Assembly (NCBI GenBank): GCA_963796965.1
Contig: CAWCNS010000008.1
Coordinates: 256,001 to 320,000 of the forward strand
Direction of reading: 5' to 3'
DNA length: 64,000 nucleotides
DNA from: Calditrichia bacterium
GTDB taxonomy: Bacteria; Calditrichota; Calditrichia; JAJRVZ01
Positions 63,754 to 64,000 of the stretch are shown here, piece by piece; positions within the stretch are counted from its first letter, which is position 1, and each line of letters starts with the position of its first letter. The position numbers and the translations under genes were made by a program. Under the pieces are notes generated by a model that did not search any database, was not told where the DNA came from, and worked only from the letters and a program-made list of their open reading frames with translations.

Positions 63754-64000
63754 TCAAGTTAGCTGTTTTCTCAATTCTTCAACTGTCTTAAAAATGGTCG
63801 TAATATTTTCATCAGGTACCTTATCATCCATATTTATACAACATACACCAGTCAGGTTTGGATCCGCGGAGTCCTGAACAAGATTGGTGATTGTTTCTTC
63901 TATCTCCGATGGACTCTGATCGATGATTGATACCGGGCTCAACCGAATATTTAAGAAGGTATCTGGTAAATGCTTTCGCAGAATCTTCACATCGCCCCCC
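63754..64000 (-). CDS. C-terminal part of a second UroD/MtaA-like protein (5' end outside the window)
   Basis: GGDVKILRKHLPDTFLNIRLSP..SEIEETI..CCINMDDKVPDENI parallels the C-terminus of 46560-47645. Confidence 0.6.
   Translation of the reverse strand, partial: GGDVKILRKHLPDTFLNIRLSPVSIIDQSPSEIEETITNLVQDSADPNLTGVCCINMDDKVPDENITTIFKTVEELRKQLT

Overview
A 64-kb, AT-rich bacterial chromosomal window, mostly minus-strand genes. The gene content (lipoproteins, a TonB receptor, multiheme cytochrome, sigma-54 regulation) points to a diderm anaerobe, possibly Calditrichota/KSB1-like (inference). (1) 1-7.9 kb: a sigma-54 controlled redox module with a heme-c-sensing histidine kinase, a 13-heme cytochrome c, NrfD/HybB, Tat-exported HybA, a radical SAM protein and a PAS-PAS enhancer-binding protein. 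(2) 8-28 kb: mixed housekeeping and hydrolase genes (Csp, flavoprotein, M64 peptidase, DUF2911, NUDIX, TPR, TauE, kinase-aminotransferase fusion, sulfatase). (3) 27.8-32.4 kb: a CbiQ/CbiO-TonB receptor-ECF S component-methyltransferase operon behind a NikR-type palindrome. (4) 34.8-64 kb: a co-oriented cluster of about 29 kb of mostly exported enzymes resembling rhamnogalacturonan-II degradation families (GH138-, GH143-, GH141-, CE19- and GH33-like). It also holds three unclassified beta-propeller paralogs, two UroD/MtaA-like proteins and an apparently exported aldolase. Many intergenic spaces carry palindromes built from 7-9 bp periodic units, several of them nested. At least 13 genes are split by small frameshifts, most likely long-read assembly errors. 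I saw no rRNA, tRNA, CRISPR array or transposase. CAZy assignments rest on recalled motif similarity and need HMM confirmation.
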